From Candidatus Oxydemutatoraceae bacterium (GTDB taxonomy: Bacteria; Pseudomonadota; Gammaproteobacteria; Poriferisulfidales; Oxydemutatoraceae): a DNA stretch of 64,000 nucleotides. A program made the translations under genes and the position numbers. The stretch's first letter is position 1. Every line of letters starts with the position of its first letter. Below are positions 49,799 to 60,447 of the stretch, piece by piece. The stretch spans positions 224,001 through 288,000 of the forward strand of contig CBDCOZ010000003.1 of assembly GCA_965220085.1 (NCBI GenBank), given 5' to 3'. The notes under the pieces were generated by a model, which saw only the letters and a list, made by a program, of their open reading frames with translations, searched no databases and had not been told where the DNA came from.

Positions 49799-50794
49799 AT
49801 GATGCATAAAATCAACAACATCAATCCGGAGCGCATCCAATGGTGCTGTCAGACAGTTGCCGTTGATATGCAGCATCTGGCGGATTCGACGAAGATTAAA
49901 CTTGAGAATCTGCAACAAGGTCATCTGACTTACAATCAACTGGAGAAGGTTGCCAATTTTTTTGGTTACACGCCTTTGTTTTTTCTGGATGCCGAGACAC
50001 CGATGGCGGAAGAGGTGCATACGGCAGATTTTCGCTCGCTGGCCAACCAGAAGGTAGCATTAGACCGCAAGTTGGCTTGCATCATCCGGCAGGTGGAATG
50101 GCATCGTGACCTGTATTTGGGTTTGGCCGAAGATCTGGATGAAGAAATTGCTTATTTTAATCCCCCTACGCTCAGTGGAACTGTTGCGAAAAAGGCCGAC
50201 ACTGTAAGAAAGTGGCTGAGTTTGGATGATTCCACAAAGCAGGATTACGACAAATACAGGGAGCTTGTTGAAGCAAAGGGTGTGCTGGTTTTTCAGAGCA
50301 TGGGTTATAAAGGTCGTTGGAAACTGGAAGACAGCAATGCCATAGGATTTTCCATACCCCATCCCCGCACTCCTGTCATCTTTATCAGGAAGACATCTCC
50401 GCAGATGCAGGCATTTACGCTCTTCCACGAGTTGGGACATATATTGCTGCACGACACCAGTTGCATTGACAGCCCGGAGCAACTGGCTGCGGATGCGACG
50501 GACATGGAGCGAGAGGCAAACCAGTTTGCCAGCGAGTGCCTGATACCCGAACACATGTTGCCCTGCGCAAAGGCAAAGCAAAATCGCGATACGGCATTCT
50601 ATGATATTGCCCGTAAGCGCGGTGGCCGGAGAGTCAGACACAAGGAGCCTTTGCAGATATTTGGTTCCAAGTATGTAGGCATGGTTATGAGCGCTCTCTG
50701 CTCCGGCTTGATAACTATCAGCAAAGCCAGTAATTATCTTGACCGCCTAAAGATGAGCGACATTAATAAATTGCAGATGGTGCAGAGTCGGTAA
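49799..50794 (+). CDS. XRE-HTH plus ImmA/IrrE metallopeptidase, copy 2 (shorter C-terminal region)
   Basis: FTLFHELGH and EREANQFA motifs; shares QSMGYKG.WK with copy 1. Confidence 0.85.
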   Translation: MMHKINNINPERIQWCCQTVAVDMQHLADSTKIKLENLQQGHLTYNQLEKVANFFGYTPLFFLDAETPMAEEVHTADFRSLANQKVALDRKLACIIRQVEWHRDLYLGLAEDLDEEIAYFNPPTLSGTVAKKADTVRKWLSLDDSTKQDYDKYRELVEAKGVLVFQSMGYKGRWKLEDSNAIGFSIPHPRTPVIFIRKTSPQMQAFTLFHELGHILLHDTSCIDSPEQLAADATDMEREANQFASECLIPEHMLPCAKAKQNRDTAFYDIARKRGGRRVRHKEPLQIFGSKYVGMVMSALCSGLITISKASNYLDRLKMSDINKLQMVQSR

Positions 50795-50799
50795 ACCCG

Positions 50800-53700
50800 A
50801 TGGGTGACGAATACGACAAGGTAGAGTCGCTCGCACTTGAGCAACTCCAGTCTCTGGGGTGGTTGTATGTCGAAGGCGCGAGTTTGGCACCTGATGCGGG
50901 CGATGAGCGCAGTTCATTCAAGGATGTTGTTTTAGAGAAACGGCTGACCGCCAACATCAAACGCATCAATCCCTGGATTAGCGATGAGAATCTGAGCAAG
51001 GTAGTGTCCGGCTTGACCAGAACTCAATATCCCAACCTCATAGAAGCAAACAAAGCGATATGGACGCAACTCAACCAGTGCGTTTCCGTGATGCAGGATG
51101 TGGGGCAGGGTAATAGAGGGCAGACGGTGCACATTATTGATTTTGAAAACCCCGATAACAATGAGTTTCTGTGCGTCAACCAGTTCAAGGTATCGGGCAT
51201 CAATCAGAGTATCATCCCCGACATTGTTTGTTTTGTGAACGGGCTTCCGCTCGCAGTCATTGAGTGCAAGTCTCCTTATATCACTGATCCGATGGCGACA
51301 GGGATTGAGCAGCTTTTGCGTTATGCAAACCGGAGAGATGCATCGGATGGGGAAGGGGCAGAGAAGCTCTTTTACTATAACCTGATGATGGTCTCCACCC
51401 ATAGGGACAAGGCGCGGGTCGGGACGATTTCATCTCGCATGGAACATTTTCTTGAGTGGAAAGACCCCTACCCTCTTACTGTGGAGCAGGTGGGCAGTGT
51501 GGACGCCGGTCATCAGAGCGTTCTTTTGGCAGGATTGTTTTCCAAAACTAATTTCCTAGACATTCTGCAGAACTTTACGGTATTTGAACCGGTCGATGGT
51601 CGCATCATCAAGAAGATACCCCGTTATCAGCAGTTCCGCGCAGTGCACAAGGCCATTAGGCGTATCAAGTCGGGTAAGACGCGTAAAGACAAATCGGGAG
51701 TCATCTGGCACACGCAAGGGTCGGGCAAGTCGCTGACTATGGTTTTCTTGTCCATCAAGATGCGCAGAGATCCCGACCTGCGTGATTACAAACTTGTGTT
51801 CTTGACCGACCGTACCCAGTTGGACAATCAATTGACCGGCACTTTTTCCAATACCCAAGAGGAGACTGTTTATCATGCGGGTTCTGTGCAAGAACTCAAA
51901 GAGTTGCTTGCAAAAGATGCATCGGACATAGTGACGGCAATGGTGCAGAAGTTTCGGGAGAGTGCGGATGATTCTGAGTTTCCCGTCCTGAATGAATCCG
52001 AGAAAATCATTGTGCTGGCAGATGAGGCGCATCGCACCCAATACGGAACACTGGGGGCGGCAATCAATACCGCACTGCCCAATGCACCCCGTATTGCATT
52101 CACGGGAACACCTCTTATCAAGACGCAAAAGACGACAAATACCTTCGGCTCTTACATTGACACCTATACCATTGAGCAGGCGGTGAAGGACGGAGCGACA
52201 GTTCAAATTCTCTATGAGGGGCGTAAACCCGAAGTGAAAATAACCGGAGACAGTTTGGATAGTCTGTTTGATGAATATTTTGCCGACAAAAAGGAAGAGG
52301 AAAAAGCGAAAATCAAACAGACATTTGGCAGAGAGAAGGTGATTCTGGAAGCGCCGCAACGTATCCGCAGAGTGTGTATGGACATCGTCAGACACTATCG
52401 CGAACATATCCAACCCAACGGTTTCAAAGCGATGATTGTTACTTCATCCCGGCAGGCGGCGATTACCTATAAGGAGCAGTTGGATAAACAGGAAAATGCG
52501 CCACAATCTGCGGTCATCATTTCCGGTGACCACAATGACAACGAGCGATTTCGCAAATATACCGATAGCTCCAAGCACAAGCAGCAGATTAAGGATTTCA
52601 AGAAACCTTTCGGTGCGGGCGAAGGCCAGTCAGAACTCAGCTTTCTTATCGTTAAGGATATGTTACTGACGGGGTTTGACGCGCCGATTGCACAGGTTAT
52701 GTATTTGGACCAAAAACTTACCGACCATTCTCTTCTGCAGGCAATTGCGCGGGTTAACCGCACTAATGAGAACAAGTTCAGGGGATATATTGTTGATTAC
52801 TATGGCTTGTCTGACTATCTGAGTGAAGCATTGGAAATGTTCTCTACCGATGATGTTCGGGGTGCGCTGGTTGAACTCAAGGAAGAAATACCGAAGCTGA
52901 AGAATGCACACACTCGTGTTCTCAAGCGCTTTGATGGCATGGATTTGGATGACTTGGATGCATGCATCCTGTCCCTTGAGGACGAGGTTAAAAGACAGGC
53001 TTTCCAGACAGATTTTCGTAAATTCTCAAAACAGTTGGACATCATCCTGCCCGATGCCAAGGCAACACAGTTCCTGCAAGACCTGAAGCGACTCGGCAAG
53101 ATTTCTGTCGGTGCAAGAAACCGCTACAGGGACGAGCAATTGGATATTGCGGGTGTGGGTGAGAAGGTGCGGGAGTTGATAGATGAGCATGTTCGCTCAA
53201 CGGGTGTCAATCCGGAAATACCCCCTATTGACCTTTTAGCGAGCGATTATAAAGAGCAACTCGATCGGCACAAATCACCTCGTGCCAGAGCATCCGAGAT
53301 TGAGAATGCCATCAGACACCACATCAAAGTCAACATTGATGAAGACCCCGAATACTATAAAAAGCTCTCTCAGAGATTGGAAGATATTATTCGCAAGCAC
53401 GAAGAAAAGTGGGACGAACTGGTTCAATTGCTTTTGGATATGCGCGAAAACATTGAGAGTGACCGTCAAGGGCAGGCATCGGACTTGGGGCTTTCATCTA
53501 CCGAACTGTCTTTTTACCATATTCTTATCGCAGAACTGGGTGCGGCAGAGGCTGGCGGGAAGGCAGGAGGTCAGCGTAGGGTGCAGAATCAATCATCGGT
53601 GTATCACGGAGAAAGTACTGTTGATGCGGAAAAGGAACAACAGGCAAAGGAGGTTGTGCGCGAACTGGTTCAAATGCTGGAAGAGGCAACGCAGATTGTG

Positions 53701-53838
53701 GACTTCTTTGACAAGTGGGACGAGCAGAGGCGGGTCAAACGCGATATTAAACGACTGGTGACCGATAACTTTGATGAGTCTCTTGTGGAACCTGTGACTG
53801 AACGGTTTATGGAACTGGCAAAGGTGAAGTTCAAATGA
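50800..53838 (+). CDS. hsdR: type I RM restriction subunit
   Basis: PD..IECK, HTQGSGKS, DEAH, FTGTP and LLQAIARVNR motifs. Confidence 0.95.
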   Translation: MGDEYDKVESLALEQLQSLGWLYVEGASLAPDAGDERSSFKDVVLEKRLTANIKRINPWISDENLSKVVSGLTRTQYPNLIEANKAIWTQLNQCVSVMQDVGQGNRGQTVHIIDFENPDNNEFLCVNQFKVSGINQSIIPDIVCFVNGLPLAVIECKSPYITDPMATGIEQLLRYANRRDASDGEGAEKLFYYNLMMVSTHRDKARVGTISSRMEHFLEWKDPYPLTVEQVGSVDAGHQSVLLAGLFSKTNFLDILQNFTVFEPVDGRIIKKIPRYQQFRAVHKAIRRIKSGKTRKDKSGVIWHTQGSGKSLTMVFLSIKMRRDPDLRDYKLVFLTDRTQLDNQLTGTFSNTQEETVYHAGSVQELKELLAKDASDIVTAMVQKFRESADDSEFPVLNESEKIIVLADEAHRTQYGTLGAAINTALPNAPRIAFTGTPLIKTQKTTNTFGSYIDTYTIEQAVKDGATVQILYEGRKPEVKITGDSLDSLFDEYFADKKEEEKAKIKQTFGREKVILEAPQRIRRVCMDIVRHYREHIQPNGFKAMIVTSSRQAAITYKEQLDKQENAPQSAVIISGDHNDNERFRKYTDSSKHKQQIKDFKKPFGAGEGQSELSFLIVKDMLLTGFDAPIAQVMYLDQKLTDHSLLQAIARVNRTNENKFRGYIVDYYGLSDYLSEALEMFSTDDVRGALVELKEEIPKLKNAHTRVLKRFDGMDLDDLDACILSLEDEVKRQAFQTDFRKFSKQLDIILPDAKATQFLQDLKRLGKISVGARNRYRDEQLDIAGVGEKVRELIDEHVRSTGVNPEIPPIDLLASDYKEQLDRHKSPRARASEIENAIRHHIKVNIDEDPEYYKKLSQRLEDIIRKHEEKWDELVQLLLDMRENIESDRQGQASDLGLSSTELSFYHILIAELGAAEAGGKAGGQRRVQNQSSVYHGESTVDAEKEQQAKEVVRELVQMLEEATQIVDFFDKWDEQRRVKRDIKRLVTDNFDESLVEPVTERFMELAKVKFK

Positions 53839-54521
53839 TGGAAGAATTCGGGTTTCAAGTTGAAGTAGTGAGGACAGAGCGTAAGAAGTCGGCATCGATT
53901 CAGCTTGACGGTGGTCTTGTCAGAGTCAGAGTTCCAAAGTCTCTATCTGAAAGCCGTGTCCGTAGCTTGATTGCCAAACGCATCCCATGGATCAGGACGA
54001 AACTTAAGGAGCAAGCTGAACGGCCAGTTCCAAAACCTAAAGAGTATATTAGCGGTGAGGCCTTTCCTTATCTTGGCAGGAACTATCGGTTGAAAGTCGT
54101 AACGGGGAACGAGCCATCAATCAGGCTTAAGAATGGTTACTTGGTTGTGACTGCTCCCGCAGGGGAAGCCCGACAAAAGACGATTAAATGTCTATTAGAA
54201 AAGTGGTATCGGTCTCATGCGGAAGTGCGCTTGCAAGAAAAAGTTGAGAGACTGTCAAAAGTAGTCGGTGTGTCACCCGCATCAGTATCGGTCAGGAGCT
54301 ATAAGTCCCGATGGGGGTCGTGTTCCGGCAAAGGTGATATCACCTATAACTGGAAAATTATTCTCGCACCTCATCGTATCGTGGACTATGTGGTGATACA
54401 TGAACTTTGCCACTTGTTGGAACACAATCACTCACCCAGATACTGGAAGCATGTTGAGAGGTATGTCCCCGACTGGAAAGAGTGCAGAGACTGGCTACGG
54501 ACAAACCCTATAAATCTCTGA
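53835..54521 (+). CDS. YgjP/DUF45-like (M48) metallopeptidase
   Basis: RWGSC and YVVIHELCH motifs; usual position after hsdR. Confidence 0.88.
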   Translation: MMEEFGFQVEVVRTERKKSASIQLDGGLVRVRVPKSLSESRVRSLIAKRIPWIRTKLKEQAERPVPKPKEYISGEAFPYLGRNYRLKVVTGNEPSIRLKNGYLVVTAPAGEARQKTIKCLLEKWYRSHAEVRLQEKVERLSKVVGVSPASVSVRSYKSRWGSCSGKGDITYNWKIILAPHRIVDYVVIHELCHLLEHNHSPRYWKHVERYVPDWKECRDWLRTNPINL

Positions 54522-54551
54522 GCAAGGCTCTGTTCACAGATGTGCGATGCT

Positions 54552-56258
54552 TCACAGATTTGATATTTGCCAAGTGGCTATGGCCTGCTTTGCCAACCAC
54601 CTTTGGTAGTTGTTCAGAGCTTCGGCATCCCACTCCGGGTACTCCGCTATCTTGTTATTAATGGCGTATGGGGAATCTGCAAGTACCGCTTTTTTTTCCG
54701 CAAAAGGCTCCTGCCCCATATTATTGACCCCGGCCAGTATGGCCATGTTGCCTAACCGGTCTATTGCATCATGGTAATTATCCCTGCCGAAGTTTTCCTG
54801 CCACGCATCATCGGGCCGATAGGGCAAGATATGCTCAAGGGTGATGTCGACAGGGGGCTCATCTCCCTGAGTCACATGTTTTTCTATGGATTTAAGCAGG
54901 TACAGTATTTTTTTAGGGCTACGCCCGCTGGGCATGCTCTTCTCAGCAAAGGCACGGGCAAATTCCTCATCGTTCGGATAAATAGGGCGCAGCCCTTCGG
55001 CCAAATCCCGCATGTTGTCAATGTCGCCGCGCATTATCTTGTTGGCCAAGCGGCTGTACACGTTCTCTTGCGCATTGGGCATTTTGCCGCATATAACATT
55101 GTAGCGAACGGATATAACCGATACCCATTCCGTCAACTTTATGAAGTCCTTTTCATCAAATTTAAAGTATGCCGCCATAAGAAGGACCGCAGGCGTTCGT
55201 ATGCCGAATGTCTTCAACACTTGCAAAGGCTGTTGGGGAGAAGGATGTTGTCCATCGCTATAGTCCTTCCAAAAGGAATCCTCCGGATTTTGCAGCGCCG
55301 CATACAGGGGCGCATATTTTTTGATGTCTTTCATATAGGGCATCACATCCTGTGTTTGGTTATCGGCAATCTGAGCTTTCAAGGCACGATACATATCTTT
55401 TTTTGGTGGCAACTTTTGTCTCATGCCATGATGGCAACGTAAAAACGCAGTGAAATTAGTTACGCCGAGTTGCTCTATGATGTTGCTCCACTGATTTTCA
55501 AAATCACTTAAATGGTCCTCGTTAACTGCGCCACCCCTATCCATCACCGAAAGCAAGTAATTTTTAAGCAGGTCCGGAGCAGACAGATGTATGCCGCGCG
55601 CATTCAGTGTTTCAAAAACCACATATGCATTTATATCGTCCTGTGTGGTGATGCTTGAAAACAACAGGTTGTCAGCTACGGAGTTTATGAATTCCGCCAG
55701 CTTCTCGCCATCAAAACCCTCGAATTTATTTTGGAAAAACTCCAAAGCTTTATTCAGACGGCGATTGGTGGCAGTCAGGTTTCTGAGATGGGGAACCTGA
55801 TAGTCATTGTTGATAATGCTCTCGAAATGACTTTTGTTATGGCGGTTGAGTACCAGCTTGGGCCGGGTCTGCAAACTCACTGCATCAAATACGCCAAGAT
55901 AAATATCTCTATAGTTTTCATATCTTCGTTTATTGGCATCCGCATCACATGATTCGTCTATTAATTGTTTGAAGCGTGTGAGCGCAGCCATAATTAATAT
56001 GGTTGTGGTAGTGATGCGCTGTTGCCCGTCAATAATCTCGTAATGCTTGCTGTCTGTGCTCTGAAGCACTAAGTAGCCCATAAAATGCTGTTGTTTGTGC
56101 TCCCGCATTTTTTCTATGTCCTGCCAGAGCTCATCCCATTGGTCGGCCTCCCAAGCGTAGTCCTGCTGGAATTTGGGCACTGAGTAGCTTTTGCCATTGC
56201 TCATAATTTCGGCAAAGCTCTCGTTTTTAGGTTCTAAAGAGATTTTTTGATAGCTCAT
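54552..56258 (-). CDS. DUF262 plus DUF1524 (GmrSD-like) protein
   Basis: VPKFQQDYAW, IIDGQQRITT, FETLNARG and LEHILP...RLGN motifs. Confidence 0.88.
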   Translation of the reverse strand: MSYQKISLEPKNESFAEIMSNGKSYSVPKFQQDYAWEADQWDELWQDIEKMREHKQQHFMGYLVLQSTDSKHYEIIDGQQRITTTTILIMAALTRFKQLIDESCDADANKRRYENYRDIYLGVFDAVSLQTRPKLVLNRHNKSHFESIINNDYQVPHLRNLTATNRRLNKALEFFQNKFEGFDGEKLAEFINSVADNLLFSSITTQDDINAYVVFETLNARGIHLSAPDLLKNYLLSVMDRGGAVNEDHLSDFENQWSNIIEQLGVTNFTAFLRCHHGMRQKLPPKKDMYRALKAQIADNQTQDVMPYMKDIKKYAPLYAALQNPEDSFWKDYSDGQHPSPQQPLQVLKTFGIRTPAVLLMAAYFKFDEKDFIKLTEWVSVISVRYNVICGKMPNAQENVYSRLANKIMRGDIDNMRDLAEGLRPIYPNDEEFARAFAEKSMPSGRSPKKILYLLKSIEKHVTQGDEPPVDITLEHILPYRPDDAWQENFGRDNYHDAIDRLGNMAILAGVNNMGQEPFAEKKAVLADSPYAINNKIAEYPEWDAEALNNYQRWLAKQAIATWQISNL

Positions 56259-56366
56259 GCGTTTGCCTCCTGCAGAATATTTTACTCTGGCAGTAGGTTT
56301 TGCAAGATTGTATGGTGAATTAGCGCCTCATACTCCGAGCTATGCGGTAACCCGCCCCCTGCCACG

Positions 56367-58193
56367 CTATTCGACGGTGACGGACTTGGCGAGATTGCGC
56401 GGCTTGTCTATGTCGGTGCCTTTGAGCAGTGCGGTGTGGTATGCGAGCAGTTGCAGCGGGATGGTGAAGATAATCGGGGCGACGGTGTTCTCTTGTGCGT
56501 CCACTTGAATGATATTCACATTGTCGGATGATCTGAGGTTGGTTTTGGTCTCGGCAAACACATATAACTTGCCGCCCCGCGCTTGTACTTCCTGCAGGTT
56601 GGATTTGAGCTTTTCCAGCAGGTGGTCGTTGGGTGCGACGACGACAACGGGCATATCGCGATCGACCAGTGCGAGGGGGCCGTGCTTGAGTTCGCCGGCG
56701 GCGTAGGCTTCGGCGTGTATATATGAGATTTCTTTCATCTTGAGCGCGCCTTCCATCGCAATCGGATAGTGCTGCCCGCGCCCGAGAAACAGCGCGTGGT
56801 GTTTGTCGGCGTATTCTTGCGCCAGTGTTTTTATCTCGCTTTCAAGTGACAGGGCTTGCTCCAGCCGGGTCGGCAAGTTGCGCAGTTGCGCGACGAGGCT
56901 CTCAAGCATTTCATCCGACATGCCGTTGTGGCGCCCGATGAGGATGACCAGCAGGAGCAGGCTGACCAACTGCGTGGTGAAGGCTTTGGTTGATGCGACG
57001 CCTATCTCGGGGCCGGCATGCGTCATCAGTGCGTGGTCGGTGTCTCTGACCAGAGAGCTCTCCGCCACATTGCAAATCGCAAGTGTCGCAAGGTAGCCTT
57101 GTTGCGCCGCAAGGTGGGTTGCCGCCAGAGTATCTGCTGTTTCGCCGGATTGGGATATTGCTACGAACAAGGTGTCGGGGTTTATCACCTGCTTGCGGTA
57201 GCGGTATTCGCTGGCAATCTCAACCGTGCAATGGATGTTTGCCAACTCTTCAAACCAGTAGCGGGCGACCATGCCGGCATGCGAACTGGTGCCGCAGGCG
57301 ACGATTTCAACCGCCCGCACTTTGTCCAGCACGTCGCTGAAGTCGGCGCTGATGATTTCTTCCGGCACCATGTCATCTAAAAAGCGTCCTTCAAGGGTGT
57401 CGGCGACCGCGCGCGGCTGTTCGTGTATCTCCTTTTGCATGAAGTGGTCAAAGCCGCCCATCTCTACCGCTTGCTGCGAGGCGGGCACTTCGCATCGCTC
57501 GCGCTCAATGACATTCAGGTCGCTGTCAAATACCGTGACGTCCGAGCGGCTGATGCGGGCGATGTCGTTGTTTTGCAGATAGATGAATTCACGCGTGATT
57601 GAGAGCATGGCTTGAATGTCCGATGCGGCGTAGTTGCCGTCATCGCCGATGCCGATAATCAGCGGGCTGCCTTTGCGCGCGAGCACGATGGATTCGGGGT
57701 GCTCGGCATCAAGCACGCTGAGTGCGTAAGCGCCTTCAAGTTCGCTCAGGGTGTCTCTGACGGCTGTCAGCAAGTCGCCGCCCTTATTGAGGCGGAGCAT
57801 GATTTGGTGCGCTATCACCTCGGTGTCGGTCTCGGACTCAAAACTGAACCCGGCGGCAAGTTGTTGTTGCTTTAGCATCTCGTAGTTTTCTATGATGCCG
57901 TTGTGGACGACGACTACGCGGTCGTTGGATATGTGGGGGTGTGCGTTGGCTTCGTCCGGTGCGCCGTGGGTGGCCCATCGGGTGTGTGCGATGCCGATAT
58001 TGCCGGAGCGCGGTTCGGCTTTGAGCGCGGCGGATAAATCTGCGACCCGTCCTATTCGGCGCACCCGCTGGATGCCGCCGTTAATCAGTGCGATGCCGGC
58101 AGAGTCGTAGCCGCGGTACTCCAACTGGTTGAGGCCGTTCAACAGCATGTCGCAAATGTTTTTATCGGAAACCGCTACAACAATTCCGCACAT
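56367..58193 (-). CDS. glmS: glutamine-fructose-6-phosphate aminotransferase
   Basis: MCGIV, EYRGYDSAG, HTRWATHG and PRNLAKSVTVE motifs. Confidence 0.98.
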   Translation of the reverse strand: MCGIVVAVSDKNICDMLLNGLNQLEYRGYDSAGIALINGGIQRVRRIGRVADLSAALKAEPRSGNIGIAHTRWATHGAPDEANAHPHISNDRVVVVHNGIIENYEMLKQQQLAAGFSFESETDTEVIAHQIMLRLNKGGDLLTAVRDTLSELEGAYALSVLDAEHPESIVLARKGSPLIIGIGDDGNYAASDIQAMLSITREFIYLQNNDIARISRSDVTVFDSDLNVIERERCEVPASQQAVEMGGFDHFMQKEIHEQPRAVADTLEGRFLDDMVPEEIISADFSDVLDKVRAVEIVACGTSSHAGMVARYWFEELANIHCTVEIASEYRYRKQVINPDTLFVAISQSGETADTLAATHLAAQQGYLATLAICNVAESSLVRDTDHALMTHAGPEIGVASTKAFTTQLVSLLLLVILIGRHNGMSDEMLESLVAQLRNLPTRLEQALSLESEIKTLAQEYADKHHALFLGRGQHYPIAMEGALKMKEISYIHAEAYAAGELKHGPLALVDRDMPVVVVAPNDHLLEKLKSNLQEVQARGGKLYVFAETKTNLRSSDNVNIIQVDAQENTVAPIIFTIPLQLLAYHTALLKGTDIDKPRNLAKSVTVE

Positions 58194-58196
58194 GGC

Positions 58197-59558
58197 TCAG
58201 TCCTTTTTGGGTCGCTTCCAGCCCTTGACAGTCTTCTGCTCGCTGCGAGACAAAGTCAGTTTGCCGGCTTCGGCGTCGCGGACGATGGTCGAACCGGCGC
58301 CGATGGTGGCGCCTGTGCCGATCGTGACCGGGGCGATGATTTGGGTGTCGGAGCCGATAAACACATCGTCGCCGATGACGGTGTTGTGTTTGTTGGTTCC
58401 GTCGTAATTGCACGTAATTGTGCCGGCTCCGATATTGACGTTTTTGCCGACCTCGCTGTCGCCTATGTAACTCAGGTGATTGATCTTGCTGCCTTCTTTA
58501 ATCCGGCTTTTCTTGGTTTCTACGAAGTTGCCGATATGCACATTGTCATCTATTGATGTGGCGGGTCGGATTCTGGCGTGTGGGCCGATGCGACAGTTGC
58601 GACCGATGCGGGCGTCCTCAAGATGCGAGAACGGTTTGATGACCGAGTCGTCTGCGATAGTGACATCTTTCATGACTACATAGGGTCCGATTTGAACATT
58701 GTTTCCTATCGCGACCCTTCCTTCAAGCACAACACCGACGTCAAACAGGACGCCATCGCCTACGCTCACTTCGCCGCGAATGTCTATGCGCGCGGCATCT
58801 TTGAGAAAAGCCTTTTGCCCCAGTTCTTTTGCGCGCCGCCTTTGCATCAACCGTTCGGCTTCTTCAATTTCCGGAGGCTTGTTCACTCCCCGTGCCTCGG
58901 TAATGTCATCTACTTGCACCGCAGCAGTGGCAATGCCTTTCTTTACGGCCAGTCCCAAGCAATCGGTCAAATAGTACTCGCCTTGCTGGTTATCGGTATT
59001 GATTGCGTCAATGAGCTCACGCAACAAGCCGGCTTTTGCCGCCATCACGCCGACATTCACTTCGTCCAGCAAACATTGTTCCGGGGTGGCGTCCGCTTGT
59101 TCAATGATGCCTGTCAGTTGTCCGTTATCATCGCGCAAGATGCGTCCGTATCCTGTCGGGTCGGGAAGTTGCGTAGTGAGCAAAACGAGTTGCGCCTCTT
59201 GCAGACCTGCCAGCAGTTTTTGATATGTTGCCGCGCGCAATAGCGGCATATCCCCGTACGTGATTAACACTGTCTCATCATCACTGAGTTCAGGCAGGGC
59301 ACACGCTACCGCGTGAGCGGTGCCTTGCTGCTTGTCCTGTTCGTGCCAGCGGAGTGATGTATCGGGGAATGCCGCCTTGACTTGTTCGCCTTTGTAGCCG
59401 ATGACGATGTGGATTGAACCTGCGTCTATGTTCTGAATTTCTGCGATGACATGCTTGAGCATGGGCTCGCCCGCAAGGTCAAAGAGCACCTTCGGCACAT
59501 CGCCCGGCATTCTCGTGCCTTGGCCCGCGGCAAGGATGATGACCGACGCTTGTTGCAT
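58197..59558 (-). CDS. glmU: bifunctional UDP-GlcNAc pyrophosphorylase / acetyltransferase
   Basis: ILAAGQGTRM, EYYLTD, GNFVETK and ITCNYDG motifs. Confidence 0.97.
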   Translation of the reverse strand: MQQASVIILAAGQGTRMPGDVPKVLFDLAGEPMLKHVIAEIQNIDAGSIHIVIGYKGEQVKAAFPDTSLRWHEQDKQQGTAHAVACALPELSDDETVLITYGDMPLLRAATYQKLLAGLQEAQLVLLTTQLPDPTGYGRILRDDNGQLTGIIEQADATPEQCLLDEVNVGVMAAKAGLLRELIDAINTDNQQGEYYLTDCLGLAVKKGIATAAVQVDDITEARGVNKPPEIEEAERLMQRRRAKELGQKAFLKDAARIDIRGEVSVGDGVLFDVGVVLEGRVAIGNNVQIGPYVVMKDVTIADDSVIKPFSHLEDARIGRNCRIGPHARIRPATSIDDNVHIGNFVETKKSRIKEGSKINHLSYIGDSEVGKNVNIGAGTITCNYDGTNKHNTVIGDDVFIGSDTQIIAPVTIGTGATIGAGSTIVRDAEAGKLTLSRSEQKTVKGWKRPKKD

Positions 59559-59712
59559 AAGAAAGTCCGAAGTTTTGCGCAGTTAGTGAAAAGGGTTTTC
59601 TTGTTTCGGATTATACCGCAAGGCGGTTTATCTGTGTTTTTTGACCTTTCGTAATATTCGTTGTCGCGCCTTTGCTTGCCGAGGGCACACTGTTGTCGCT
59701 ATGGGAAAGCAT

Positions 59713-60384
59713 ATGACAATTAATGAGTGGCCGGAATACGAGAGACCGCGAGAGAAACTGCTCGCTCGCGGTTCGGCGGCGTTATCCGATGCGGAATTGC
59801 TCGCCGTTATCATCGGTTCCGGCACGCGCGGCAATAGCGCGCTGGATATCGCGCGCACGCTGTTAAAAGACATCGGCGGCTTGAGAGAGATTCTGCATGC
59901 TTCCGAATCCGAGTTGTGCCGGTATAACGGTTTGGGCAAGGTGCATTACTCGCGCTTGCAGGCGGCGGTCGAAATATCGCGGCGCGCGCTGATGGAAACG
60001 GTCAAGCGCGGCGATATGTTTTCAAACGCCGACAGCGCGCGCAGGTTTCTGTCTCTGAAGATGCGCAACTATAAGAGCGAAGTGTTTGCGTGCATATTTT
60101 TGGACAAGCATCGTCGCGTGATAGAGTTTGAAGAACTGTTCAAGGGGACCGTCGATACCGCCAGTGTCCATCCGCGCGAGGTGATTAAGCGCGTTTTTCA
60201 TCACAACGCCGCTTCGGTAATCTTTGTGCATAACCACCCGTCGGGTTTGTCCGAACCGAGTTCCGCAGACCGGTACATTACCAAAGAGTTAAAACAGACT
60301 TTGAAGTCAATCGATGTGCAGGTGCTGGATCACCTGATTGTCGGCGAAACGATTACCTCGTTTGCCGAGCGCGAATTGCTTTGA
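59713..60384 (+). CDS. radC: RadC/UPF0758 JAB-domain protein
   Basis: ERPREKL, LSDAELLA, VHPREV, HNHPSG and LDH motifs. Confidence 0.93.
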   Translation: MTINEWPEYERPREKLLARGSAALSDAELLAVIIGSGTRGNSALDIARTLLKDIGGLREILHASESELCRYNGLGKVHYSRLQAAVEISRRALMETVKRGDMFSNADSARRFLSLKMRNYKSEVFACIFLDKHRRVIEFEELFKGTVDTASVHPREVIKRVFHHNAASVIFVHNHPSGLSEPSSADRYITKELKQTLKSIDVQVLDHLIVGETITSFAERELL

Positions 60385-60447
60385 ATGCCGCCCGCCAGAG
60401 CCATGCTCCGCTACTCTTACAAGGAGGACGCGATGCTAGCGCTAGCA

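Noticed and set aside
56280-56366. Tn7 end at attTn7
   Set aside because: No TGT terminus at the expected distance from the glmS stop, no repeated TnsB sites recognised, and no tns genes.
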